DNA of 64,000 nucleotides from Catajapyx aquilonaris (lineage: Eukaryota), in the NCBI GenBank assembly GCA_000934665.2, contig JYFJ02000135.1, positions 1-64,000 on the forward strand, read 5' to 3'. The notes beneath the pieces were generated by a model. The model was given only the letters and a program-made list of their open reading frames with translations, searched no databases and was not told where the DNA came from. Position numbers and translations under genes: made by a program. Below are positions 39,823-50,852 of this stretch, piece after piece. How positions within the stretch are numbered: the stretch's first letter is position 1; each line of letters begins with the position of its first letter.

Positions 39823-40859
39823 GGCTCTGCTGACGTATATTTTTTAGCCCTTTTTCTGTCGCGTCACATCGCCTTTGTCTCACGTACATAATTCAATCAG
39901 CACCGATTGGTCGAACAGAACAATAGTATTGCCTGCACGAAAGCGACCAATATCGTTATCACGGCGTGTCTCATGTGTCAATGTGACGTCAAGTGCACGA
40001 TATGTCACGCTAATTAGGAGCACGTGCAATTAGTGAACAGGTATGCCCGTCCTTGGAAAGTATCAGAACGATGCCTATCAAGTGGCCATAAAACCGTCAT
40101 AAGTCCTCCATATTCGGCTGGAAAAAAGTGGTGAGTGTCAGCGGCATCGAGTGACGCGTCACCATCAGGGCACCGAGAGAATAACAGCGGAATAAATGAG
40201 AGGAGAAGGTGGGGCTGAAAGGCAGCTTTACGATTCAGCTTCGGCGGATTACAGAGAGCCGTAATAAAGTCTCCATAACTCGTCCTTCTCTGCTTAGGTT
40301 GCCCTATGATTATAACTCGGCCAGGCCTAACTAACTGCGACACCCGAGCCCCTTATTTGGCCAAAACCGAACTTGGTCGGTGACCTGGTTTTGAGGGGGC
40401 CGGCAGCCAGGCAGCAGCACTGCAGCGGAGGTGACGTCACTTGGGCATGGCCGCGAGCTGCCGCCACCTGTTGACATTAATTAAGGAATCCTGACTAACT
40501 GCGACACGCAAGCAAGCGACTTGGAAGAATCACGGTTCTAACTGGTGTGACAGGTTGGCTCAAAACGAAGGGAGAGTGGCATGATTATAGGAGAGGAGGC
40601 CTTAGCTGGATGGAAGGCTGGCTGTTATTGGTACAGTACAGGAAGATGGCCAATCGTCGAACACGTTTGAACTTAAAAATTCTCCCCGTCTATGATGAGG
40701 CATTAAATAAAAATGCTATTTGAAATTAATTTCTTCGCATAGGTATATTATATTCCATGTTGTCGCCCGATATCGATTTTCAATATACAATCATCAAAAT
40801 CGATTTTTGATGCGTCAAATTTCTCCCTATTGCATATCGATAATAATTACATCACGGAA

Positions 40860-41033
40860 AAAGCGATATGCATTTTCCAAAAAAAAAAAATCGATACTCA
40901 TATCCAAAATATTGATATGCAATTTTCAAATCATCTATATGCAATTTTCAAATTATCGACATGTGAATGCCCAAATTATCGATATGTGAATGTCCAAATT
41001 ATCGATGTGTAGATTTTTAAAATATCGAAGAGG
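40860..41033. repeat. Degenerate 22-23 bp tandem repeat (ATCGATATG...CAAATT), interrupted by the SINE
   Basis: Successive units ATTGATATGCAATTTTCAAATC / ATCTATATGCAATTTTCAAATT / ATCGACATGTGAATGCCCAAATT / ATCGATATGTGAATGTCCAAATT / ATCGATGTGTAGATTTTTAAAAT. Confidence 0.75.
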
Positions 41034-41389
41034 GGGGAGGTGTGGTGGCCGTGATGGTAACGTCACGGCTTGCTGTGTGAAAGGCCCCAGGTTCGATCCC
41101 CGCCTGGGGAACTTTTCTTTCACCTGCGTCAGGAGGGTCTCTGACCTGCACCAAGGAGGTGTCTGGCAACCTAACCTCCTGGGGAACAGCACATGACCCG
41201 TTTGCAAGACGTGCACCTTGCACCCATGTTCCCTCCCCAAAAATTCCCTATCCCTTCCCCATGTCCTTTCATCCTTGCACCGGAGTGAAGAAGAAAAAAT
41301 AGAAAATTGAAGCAAATGGTGGTATCCCACCCCCCTAAAAGGGCCCATGGCCCTAGCACGGGGTAACGTAAAAAAAAAATTATATATAT
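41034..41389 (+). mobile_element. Full-length tRNA-derived SINE (~355 bp)
   Basis: A-box-like TGGCCGTGATGG (41046-41057) and B-box GGTTCGATCCC (41090-41100). 3' stem-loop at 41329-41364, then an A10 plus (TA)n tail. Flanked by a perfect 12-bp direct repeat ATATCGAAGAGG at 41022-41033 and 41390-41401 (TSD). Confidence 0.88.
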
Positions 41390-44300
41390 ATATCGAAGAG
41401 GCATTATTCCGATCTGAACATGTGAGTGACCCTATTTCTTATTTGAGCCACCAGGGCGCTGCCGTTAAGAACATGGCCGCAAGGTGATGCCACCTGTTGG
41501 AATTAATTACGCGTATTGCGACGACCTGGTTCCCATCATAAGAGCTCGCATGCACAACCCTAATAGACGACACTGAAAAATAATCCCCCTCCTCCTCCCT
41601 GAAGCCCCCCAACAATCGGCGTTCTTCTTATGATAAAAAAAAAGAGAAGAAGCAACCCCCTCGGGATCGGAGTTCATCAAGTACCATCCGCAGGCTCCAT
41701 TTCCTCCGACACTCCAGCAAAACGTGGAACAAAAACGGGGGGAAACCTTTGTATGTAATAATCTGCCGAGGCCCCCAAGTTTCGTGACAAATGATTCAAT
41801 AACATGAGAAGGTATTCCGCTACAGCTGACAGGGGTTGACTAATTCTCATTTGTCGTCGGGGAGTTGGGAGCAGGGGGAGGTGTACTGCAGAGAAGCGGT
41901 CCTCCTCCTCCTCCCCCCACCATCACGTGACTGGACGTCATCAGACTTTGAACAGAAAGCACGAATTGTAGGAAGGGAGGAGAAAAAACCAGAAAATATG
42001 GCGGCCTTTTGAAACGTTGATGTATAGGTGTCAGGGTAGAAACGTGTTTTATTCGTTCTGTTCGTGCTGGAGATTGATGCCGCCAATTTTGTAAAATTCT
42101 CCACCTTGCGGTGAGAGATAGAACTACTCTGCTCGACTTTGCTCATATGGCAGTGCCGTGACGAAATTAAGTTCAAAATGTAGAATTCATACCGGTAATT
42201 AATTTTAAAAATTAAAATAGATTTCTCTTAATAAATTGTCAATTCAGTACGCATAAATGGGTACCAAACAGGTACAAAACACCTGATTTGGTTCGAGGTC
42301 ACTGGAATTAAGCACAATGAAGATCAGAATTAGGAAGTAGTGTGTATATGTCGTAGGACCTGATTTTCACACATTTTTTTGTCGCACGAGCATAATAAAC
42401 AGCAAGGTAATAAAACGCGGGGGCTCCCGGCGATCTTTTTGGAAAAGAGGCGACCACACGTGCGTTATAGTCAGAAAAAAGTGATGATAAAAAAAGCTAG
42501 CCGAGAGTGTGGGAGCCGTTAACAAGCCGGCAGGGTTTCCTTGGGGATCTCACCTGGAATCCGGGGAACTCGCCCAGGACTCCCACGCTCACCTGAATGG
42601 ACAACCTGGACTAATTAGCCCTCCCTCACCTACTTGGCACAGTCTTTTTTTGGAATCCTTCCCAGATTTTTGGACCACCTAAAAATGGATGAAAATTTTT
42701 CCATTGAAAATAAAAATTCAGATTGTTCTGAATACGACCTGACAGGTGTTGACTAGACATTTTTTGCTGGCGGGAGTCGCACCTACCTGAAACGTGTCCC
42801 GCATCTGATGTCAAACTGTCGCATCAAATTTGACACTAAAAATGTGATCGGCAGTCCGGTCAAACTCGTTAACTCAGGACAGCAAATGTGACAAGAGTCT
42901 GACGTCGGTTTGTGATTAATTTTGATCACTAGTCCGCGGGTTGTTGGACCTCAATCCTGTTGACTGAAGGTGGTCAGCCAATAATGCAACAATGGCTTCC
43001 CAGTTTCTCTATGGCACAGATGTGTATAAAATAATGATCGCCTGCGAGTAAATCTCTCCCACGCCTTGTGATGAAGAAACATGCGCCATTAAGTTTTCAC
43101 GGTAAGCATGATAAATTCACGTGTTAGCAAAAGCGGAATTATGGCCCGGAGAGGAGACTGTGTCAACACGTGCCACAAGTCACCCATGGTCTTTTCTTCC
43201 CACCCCACCCAAATATAGGCGATGTTGTTATTGAAGCAACACTCCTAGCGCATCCGCTTAGAACCGGTTGTGTCAACTCAAATTATGGGATCTCTAATTC
43301 TATAGATGTTTGAACACAAAAGTCTGGTTGTATCAAAGCAAATTAGTGAAAATCTCCGATTAGTCTACGATCACGATACTGATCCATCTAATCCTGATCC
43401 CGATCATGACATAACAAAATCTGACATTTTTTTAAATTTTTTGCAGTAAATATGAGAATAGATCAAAAATATTCGGTGTGTATTTAAGTGGATAATTACT
43501 GGAAAATTACCCCCGTTTTAAGTGGCAGAAACTGATTCTTTCCTCATGTTGAAATTAACCTACTAGTGCATAACCGGCCCTCTCCAAAAAATGGGCACGT
43601 AACTGGCATCTGACATATGTCGACCTGTACCTGCACTGGAGAAGCTCTGTTTGTGACATGCAAGCGGCCAGGTTAATTAATCAGCCGAGAAATGACACTC
43701 GAAATAAATGACATACAGTAGTTACCCGGAGGCCATCACAAAATTCCCCTGGAAGTTTTTACCTCGTTTCAAAATTTTAGCGGACAGTGCACATAAGGTC
43801 AGTTGCAGATACACATTAGGTGCGTCTTAACTATCTCGTGTTATTAATGAGAGAGGGGGTAATGGTACCCTGAAGGAGCTGCCCTGCACAGGCATTTCAG
43901 GTAGAAGTGGAGGACCAGGTCGGCCACCTTTGAAGATGGTTTTAGGGGGAGGAAGGTGGGCGGGTTTCTCCTTTTGACATGGCGGCCCGCTCAAAAAAGA
44001 CTCATTCCCTGGCTACGGGCTAAGAAAGGACTAGAGAGGCTCTGGCTCTCTCTTCTCTTATTCCCTCATCTTCCCGTTGGTAGCAGAGCACCTCCTCTCC
44101 TGACAGGCCCCTTGGCGTAAATCAATTTTCAATTATACGTTTAGGACTGTATTATATTGCTGTCATTTTCATAAATCACCCCTGGTCACCATAAATTCCG
44201 GAGGACCTTCATGGAAACTGCATACAAAGTAACGCTGGGCAGGAACAAACGCCAGGTTTCCATAAATTTCAGTTCCCCTTGCCTTGGCGTTGGTTTGGGC

Positions 44301-47300
44301 GAGACCCTGCGGCCACAGGCAACTCAAATCCATGGATGCAGAACTTTGAGAGAAATTGGGAGGAGCCATGAGCTGAGACGTCACCCATAAAAATCGGGAT
44401 TGAACCGATGTATCGATATATCGTAATCATGGCTTCCAGAGGGTTTATTTCTTATGGCGAAAACTGGGGGTCTCGGGTGGGTGGGTGGGTGGGGTAGGGT
44501 GAGTCGTAATTCCAAGCCCGTTCTCCTGACCACGCCGTCGCCTGCCAGCGGATAATGAAAAGAGGCGAGATTTATCGGCGATCATGAGCAATTCAGTCCG
44601 GCGCCCTCGTTCCCTCCGGACGCCTTGATTTATGTCACATTATTCACTGCGATGCGAAGGGCGCTCTTTCCCACCGGGGGGACCCCCATGGGCACCTGGG
44701 GTTTTTTCGGGGGCAGGTCACAAGGAGTCCCTAACTGTCTCCGAGGCCCGTTCGCACATCAATCTCCACCGGAACAGAACGTTATGGGGGCCACCTTTTT
44801 TGCGTATACGCAACATACAAGAAGTGTCCAGGAGCATGAATCACTGCTATATTTATTTGGTTTTCCTTCATGGAAGGGTGAGGGGTGTGACATATCCCCC
44901 GAAAAACTCATGGTTGGTTCCACCTGGGTCAGTGGCTTGACTTCCTCGACGGGGACATCCCCGAGATTGCTTTTTCGCTCGGCCTGACAGCTGGAAGACG
45001 GAGGGACCTACTTGACAAAGTCCGTCACACGAGATGAGACAGATCCACTCTCCAAGTCCACGCTCATGGACTCCAACCTACATTTTTTTTTATATACCCA
45101 GTATCGATTCGACGGTTAAGGTGCCCCTAATTATACGTAACCAAATGTCCGGTGCGTCTTAGGCCAGATGTCATGTACGTGACTTTTATCGTATAGTTTA
45201 TACCAAACGTGCCCCCCAACAGGGCTAGTTCTTTGTCATTAACCCCCCCCTCCCTCCCATCACTTCCCTTCCCCGCTTTCCAATATAGGGCTGCAGCTGC
45301 ATGTCATTCACTGTATCACGTGGCGTACCGACCATCATGAAANACCCCCCAAAAACGCACAATACCGCTCTCGTTTCATTTGCTTCGAATGGAAACAAAT
45401 TTAGGACTGGAATTGCCACTCGAGAGGAATCGGCTCCATTTTGGAAGTGTGGCGTTGTGGAAATTGAAAGGAATTGATATGAACTATTGAATTATTTATA
45501 TCTGGCACGTGAAAACTAGGGTATACCACATAGCAAAATTAGGGAGGGGGGGGGCCTAGAAAGAAGTCTCGAAGGACAATAGAGTGACGGCCATGTTTGA
45601 ATTAGTGAAATATGAGTGGTGATGAGCGAGTGGAGGAAAATCCTAAACATAAGAGATGGAAGGAAGTTTGGCTTAGAAATCCCGAGCAGCTTGGGGGTCA
45701 GCCCAGCGGCGTGGCTCAGCACTTGATTTATGCCGGCTTTGCAACCACTCATCATGGAAACAATGAAGGGGCATGGGAAAGGATTATTGGCGACAAGAAA
45801 CGTGGAATGGAACTCGTGCAGCAGCTTGGCCGGATGATAAAGGCGGTCAACGGGCCGAGGTTCAAACCCTTTTCTTCCGAGCGGGTCTTCGGAAGCGGGG
45901 TCATGCACCCAGGTATTGGCCAAAAAGGTCAACTGGCCATTGTTGCATCATTGATAGCTACAAATGAAAAAAGTGGGTGCATATGTGTATGATAGGAGGG
46001 GGAGACCACGTCACCGGTTGTTTACCATAATTACACAATTTGGGAAAATTTATGCTTGGTGTGGGGAGGCGACAGATGGCAGTCGGGACAGCGGCTAATG
46101 GCCCGTGTTGCGTCTGCGCACAAAAGGCGTCGGGCGCCATTAATATGTCCTGTCATATATACCAAAAAAAAAGGTCTGCCAGGTTCATCTCCTCCATTAC
46201 ACTCGAGACACGTCCTGTCCATTTCCTTCATTGTCCGGCTGAGGGACACGTCAATTGTCCCTCAGACAGCCCCCAGCTCTTATCCTGACCGTGTCACCAA
46301 AATTAAGTGCAATTTTCTTGGGCGATGAGGGCGCATGTCCTCATCTCCTGTGTTGGAAACCTGAGCAAGCAACTGATGGGACCAGGAAGAACAAGGAGTG
46401 CCTGATTTATGATCTCTTGTCCAGAGGGGGCTGCGATGCTCGTCTTGCGGATGTCCGAGGAGAAAAATGGCGGACGAGCGTGTCCAGAGAGCGCCACTTC
46501 AGAAGGACACCCCCATCACCCCCCCACATGTAGGGTGTGCCTAGAGGGTCCAGTCCACACGACACGTACCAGAATGGTAGTAATATTCCGGGATATGATC
46601 CCTGGACATCTAACAAAATATGTATGCTCATATTAAAATAATCGTTAAATTATGCAGGCTCGACATATTAGGTAAGCAGCTACGCCCCTTGCTTCCTCGC
46701 TTCCCGATTGATAACTGCAATTATACGGTATTCCATAGTTGTGCAACAATCCATTTAGGGGGTTATCTAGATACGTCCGTAAACTGTCCCCGGAATTCAT
46801 TGAATTCCACCTGCGTATGAAATGAATGAGCCATAAAGCGAAACTCTACAAGGATTTAGATAAGGGACCAGCTCCCAGGTGAATACCATTGAGGAATGCC
46901 ATAGGCCGTAAATCGCAGCCCTCACGTCAATTATGCATTGTTGTATCGCGCATTTTACGGCGGGACCAAATTCATGCATTCTGTCTTCATAAATAAGTTT
47001 TCCTCTGAATATCAAATAATTCCTATCTTTACGAGCTCTGTGTAACACCCTGCTAAAGTGGTTTAAGCAGGTGGCAAGACACCCTTTCTGATTGGCTCTA
47101 ACGCTAAGAATGCCAATGGGGAACCAGTGATTGAAACGGGCATCACTGGAGGAGATAATTTATAATAATTAGGTTCTTTGACTTAAAATTTTTTTTTCTA
47201 ACAGGCTCTCACGTCTCCTGCAGATTTTTGTGTGTATGGCTTCAAGACATTTTTCGACCCAAGGTGCGAGCTGGTCCGAAATAAAGCCATCATTCCGCAA

Positions 47301-50300
47301 GAAGGAGCCAAAAAAGTTGGGCCCTTTTTGAAACTTTTTCGGAGGCAAGGCTTAGAACTCGAGTGTTTTACCGATTGGGGGTAGATTGAAGTAGGGTAGA
47401 CAGGTGATGAGGAGGACCCCAAACTGGACTTTGCCAAAATTTCCTCCGAGGCAGTTATCCAGCAGATCATGGAGGAATGTCCGGCAGAGGTGGTCAAAAA
47501 GGGCTTAGCTTCCGGGGTAATCGAGACACCTTTCACAAGATGTGATGTCGCTTTCATGGGACTCGAGGTGTCATCCGGATGTCATTTTACAGGATAACTC
47601 TGTTTGGAGTTGCGGGATGGGACCAAATTACTGCAGAAATTTTTTAAAAACTAATTATTATATAACCTACAACCTTTCGAATAGCCTGAGGGCAATCTGG
47701 TTCCAAATCGTGTAGAAACCGAGTCGGGGATTAATTAGTCGTCATGCGATCGGGTACCGAGTTGGTTGGGGTGTAGACGAACAATACCGGACCCCCAGCT
47801 TTTAACTAACAGGTTAATCAAAGAGTTCCCGATAGCGTGTCGATTGATTGATTATAGCTTGCAGCAGCGTTGGTTCTGGGACGGCTTCCAATTGAAGCTG
47901 GCTGGAAAAGGGGCTGCCATGCCAACAACCATTTGCAATTCAGATGGACTGACGGGGGGAATCCTGGTCTGGCAGCTGGAGAGTATACTACTTGTACTTT
48001 CTCCATCCATCCCTCTTGTCTCGCTTGCATGTATGGTGATCACGTTATTATCAAGGTGCTTACATACAGCCATCAGCCATAATTTGACAGCATTACAGCT
48101 TGTAGCGCCGCCAGGATTAGCTCAAACAAGGGGGCAACGCCTTTCTCCATTTTCTACTCATGTTTTACCCACATCGTTCATCTTGTTTGGGAATATTATT
48201 AAGAGATTGTTGACTCCGGCTTTACGCTAGGTTGGGCCTTCTTTCATTTTTTTTTCAGGGAGGTTCTGCGGGTAAAAGGGAGCTTTATTGCGCGGGGTGT
48301 TCAAAACGGACAAATTGAGGAGCCTGGCTTTGAAGCAACAGGGTGTTTAGGGAATATGGGGCAGACTTTAAACGGTTGAAGCCTCGAATATACATCATAT
48401 CGTTCGGCAAATAGGGCCAAATATAACTATTATTAATTTTAGAATTTATGTAACTTATTGAAATCGCCCAGCTGAATATGCTATATTTGTGATGTGGATG
48501 GGGGTATTAGGCAAAAACTGCTTTGGCGTTTACAGTGAGCGAATTTGTAACTCGGCAGCCAGTTTTATGTGTATATTCCAAACTTTCAAAATAGCGCTTG
48601 TGTAGGGTAGGTTTGGTAACGGTTTTAATTTACTTCTTACGACTGAAAGATTTATAGCCATTTGCGCAGGTGCTATTCGTCAAAACCTCCGCTTTAAAAG
48701 TGCAATATTTACTTTTCCTAGGACGATAAATTACAGGGTATATTTAAATATATTTGTGGTGGAATTTTTGGGCAATTTTTCCCTCTTGTTGCATGTATGA
48801 CAAATACGACCATATCAATAAATTAATAAGGAAAGTTTTGTGAAAACAGTGTCATTCACAGCTTTGGATTGGCATAATTTGTGAAAGATCTCAATTCTTC
48901 TTAATGGCGCATCAGGTCATATTTTCCTTATTCTCATTGGCCCCACATAATTATCATTTCATGGACTATGAAAGAGGATGTAAATGGGAATTAGGAACAG
49001 AGAAGAGTGCGGTCCCTCGCCCTTCATTCCGTCTGCAAGACCATATAACAAGGTAGGGGGGTTGAAAAGAACTGGGGGCATCTGCTTTATACATGAAGTG
49101 CTTTACTAGTTAAACTGTTGGGACTCGCACATGAGCATCTAAACTGTCGCCGTCGCCATTTAAAGCCATTTGGGACGGAACGTTATTATTTTTTAAAACA
49201 TCCGGACGAAATGGGCTATCTTACGTCGCCTTAGATGCGCTCAAGCGTGACTATCTCGCATAATTATTACCGCCAATTCCCTTGTGTCACATCACGTTCA
49301 CTTCACATATATCGGCGGGCGTCCATATGCTCAATGTGGACTTTTGCCCCAACTGAAACGGACGCATCAATTATTGGCATAATAAAGACAGTAATAAACA
49401 TAAGCAAATTGGGGTAATTTCTACACTATCCACTCCTTAGTGCACAGTAGTCACGGCTAAAAATTCGGCGCGATTCCATTCTCATTGAAAGCAGCTTATC
49501 GCCTTGCGACCTGCAAAAAAAGAAGTGGCCAAAGGCCATCCGGGCCAAAGTGTCCCTCTGGCCCCTAAAAGAAAATTAGCCCCCCATTTCTCAGGCGGAT
49601 TTCTGGCGTGTTTTGACACCCAGCTCCGAATTCCATTTCCCACTATTTACTGTGGGCTAGCCGGACACATCCTTTTTCTGCGCACTCAGCTGACATTTGG
49701 GGACAAGATCACCCTCCTCGCCCTCAGGTTCCAACTCACCCCCAAAAGGGGTAGGCAACCAGCTCATACTTGGAGGGCAATTGACTAACGAGACGTGACG
49801 TCAGCCTCCTAAGAATGCTCCTCCGGATCCATTAAAAGGGGGTCGCAAAAAGAATAAGTTGTCGGGCGAAAAGAAGGGCGGCAGAAGTCTTTTTGGCCGA
49901 CTGGGTTGGAGCCAATCCCAATCTAATTCGGTCCAATTCCTCACAGATGAGAGCAGAGTGTAGCCTTTTCCTTTTCCCCGCGAAAGATCCTTCACTTGGT
50001 TATTACGCAGCGGGTGATGGATTGTAATAACCTAGCCGACAGAAATACACCAGAAGACAGGGGCTCTCGGAATTTATCCCCTTCAAATCTCTGTCTTCAG
50101 TTGCCTCGGCGCTCTAATGGTCACGTTTCACTATCACCTTATGGAAGTCATAAATTTCGGGGTTGGCCAAACTTTTGGAAACAAATCTTTCGTCGAGGGC
50201 TGGCAGCATGCAAAAAACTCTTCAATCACGTCGTAGGGAACTGTCGGAGAGAGCCATTTGCAGCATCCGGACATGAGTTATAGAGGCTCCATATTCAGGG

Positions 50301-50384
50301 AAAGGAGGGGGTTCGTTACATTACAAACCCCTCTCCCTCTCTCTTCCTCTCTCTCACTCTCTATTACCCCCTCAGAACTTGAAC

Positions 50385-50852
50385 CATGCTGAAAATTCAA
50401 AATGCATAAAAATATGCACCTAGAATATAAAATTATGCCTCAATCTTAATAGTTGTATGCACACTGCACCAGCTTTATTACCCATCAAAAATTTCATGCA
50501 CCTCTCAAATATTTTAATTCACTTAGGCAATATTTTATTTACGTAGACAATATTTTATTTACCTGGACAATATTTTATGCACTAGGTCACTAGGACAATA
50601 TTATCCATCTAATAAATATTGCTATGCACATAGTCAATATTTTAAGTACCTGACGAATTATTTATGCGCCGAATGAATACTTTATGCGCCGAATGAATAT
50701 TTTATGCATCTAGTCAATATTAATATTCGCCTAATAAATATAACTATGCACCAAATAAGTATCATTATGCACGTAGTCAATATTATTATTCGGCTAATAG
50801 CCTGTATGATGCACCTATACTCATTATTTTTATGCACTTACATTTTCGAGTG
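50385..50852. mobile_element. MITE-like element with imperfect TIRs and internal degenerate ~20-bp tandem subrepeats
   Basis: Left end CATGCTGAAAATTCAAAATGCATAAAAATA versus reverse complement of the right end CACTCGAAAATGTAAGTGCATAAAAATA, with a perfect inverted 12-mer at 50403-50414 / 50825-50836. Internal units resemble AATATTTTATGCACCTAGTC, including an exact duplication of TTTATGCGCCGAATGAATA at 50661-50699. Confidence 0.6.

Noticed and set aside
41034..41110. Second tRNA gene
   Set aside because: A and B boxes are present but there is no proper acceptor stem or T-run terminator; it continues into a body, tail and TSD typical of a SINE.
44466..44500. G-quadruplex-capable tracts (also ~560-586 and ~25900-25992)
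   Set aside because: G runs are ubiquitous in this window, so no single tract stands out as functional.
45612..45992. 126-aa ATG-initiated ORF
   Set aside because: No recognisable motif, promoter or splice support; the length is attainable by chance in 64 kb.
47198..47600. Protein-like reading on both strands near an acceptor-like site
   Set aside because: The plus frame is broken by two stops and I recognise no family, so it cannot be supported as a pseudogene.
50500..50800. CRISPR-like periodicity (also at 40860-41033)
   Set aside because: Units are contiguous and degenerate with no unique spacers, there are no cas genes, and the context is eukaryotic.
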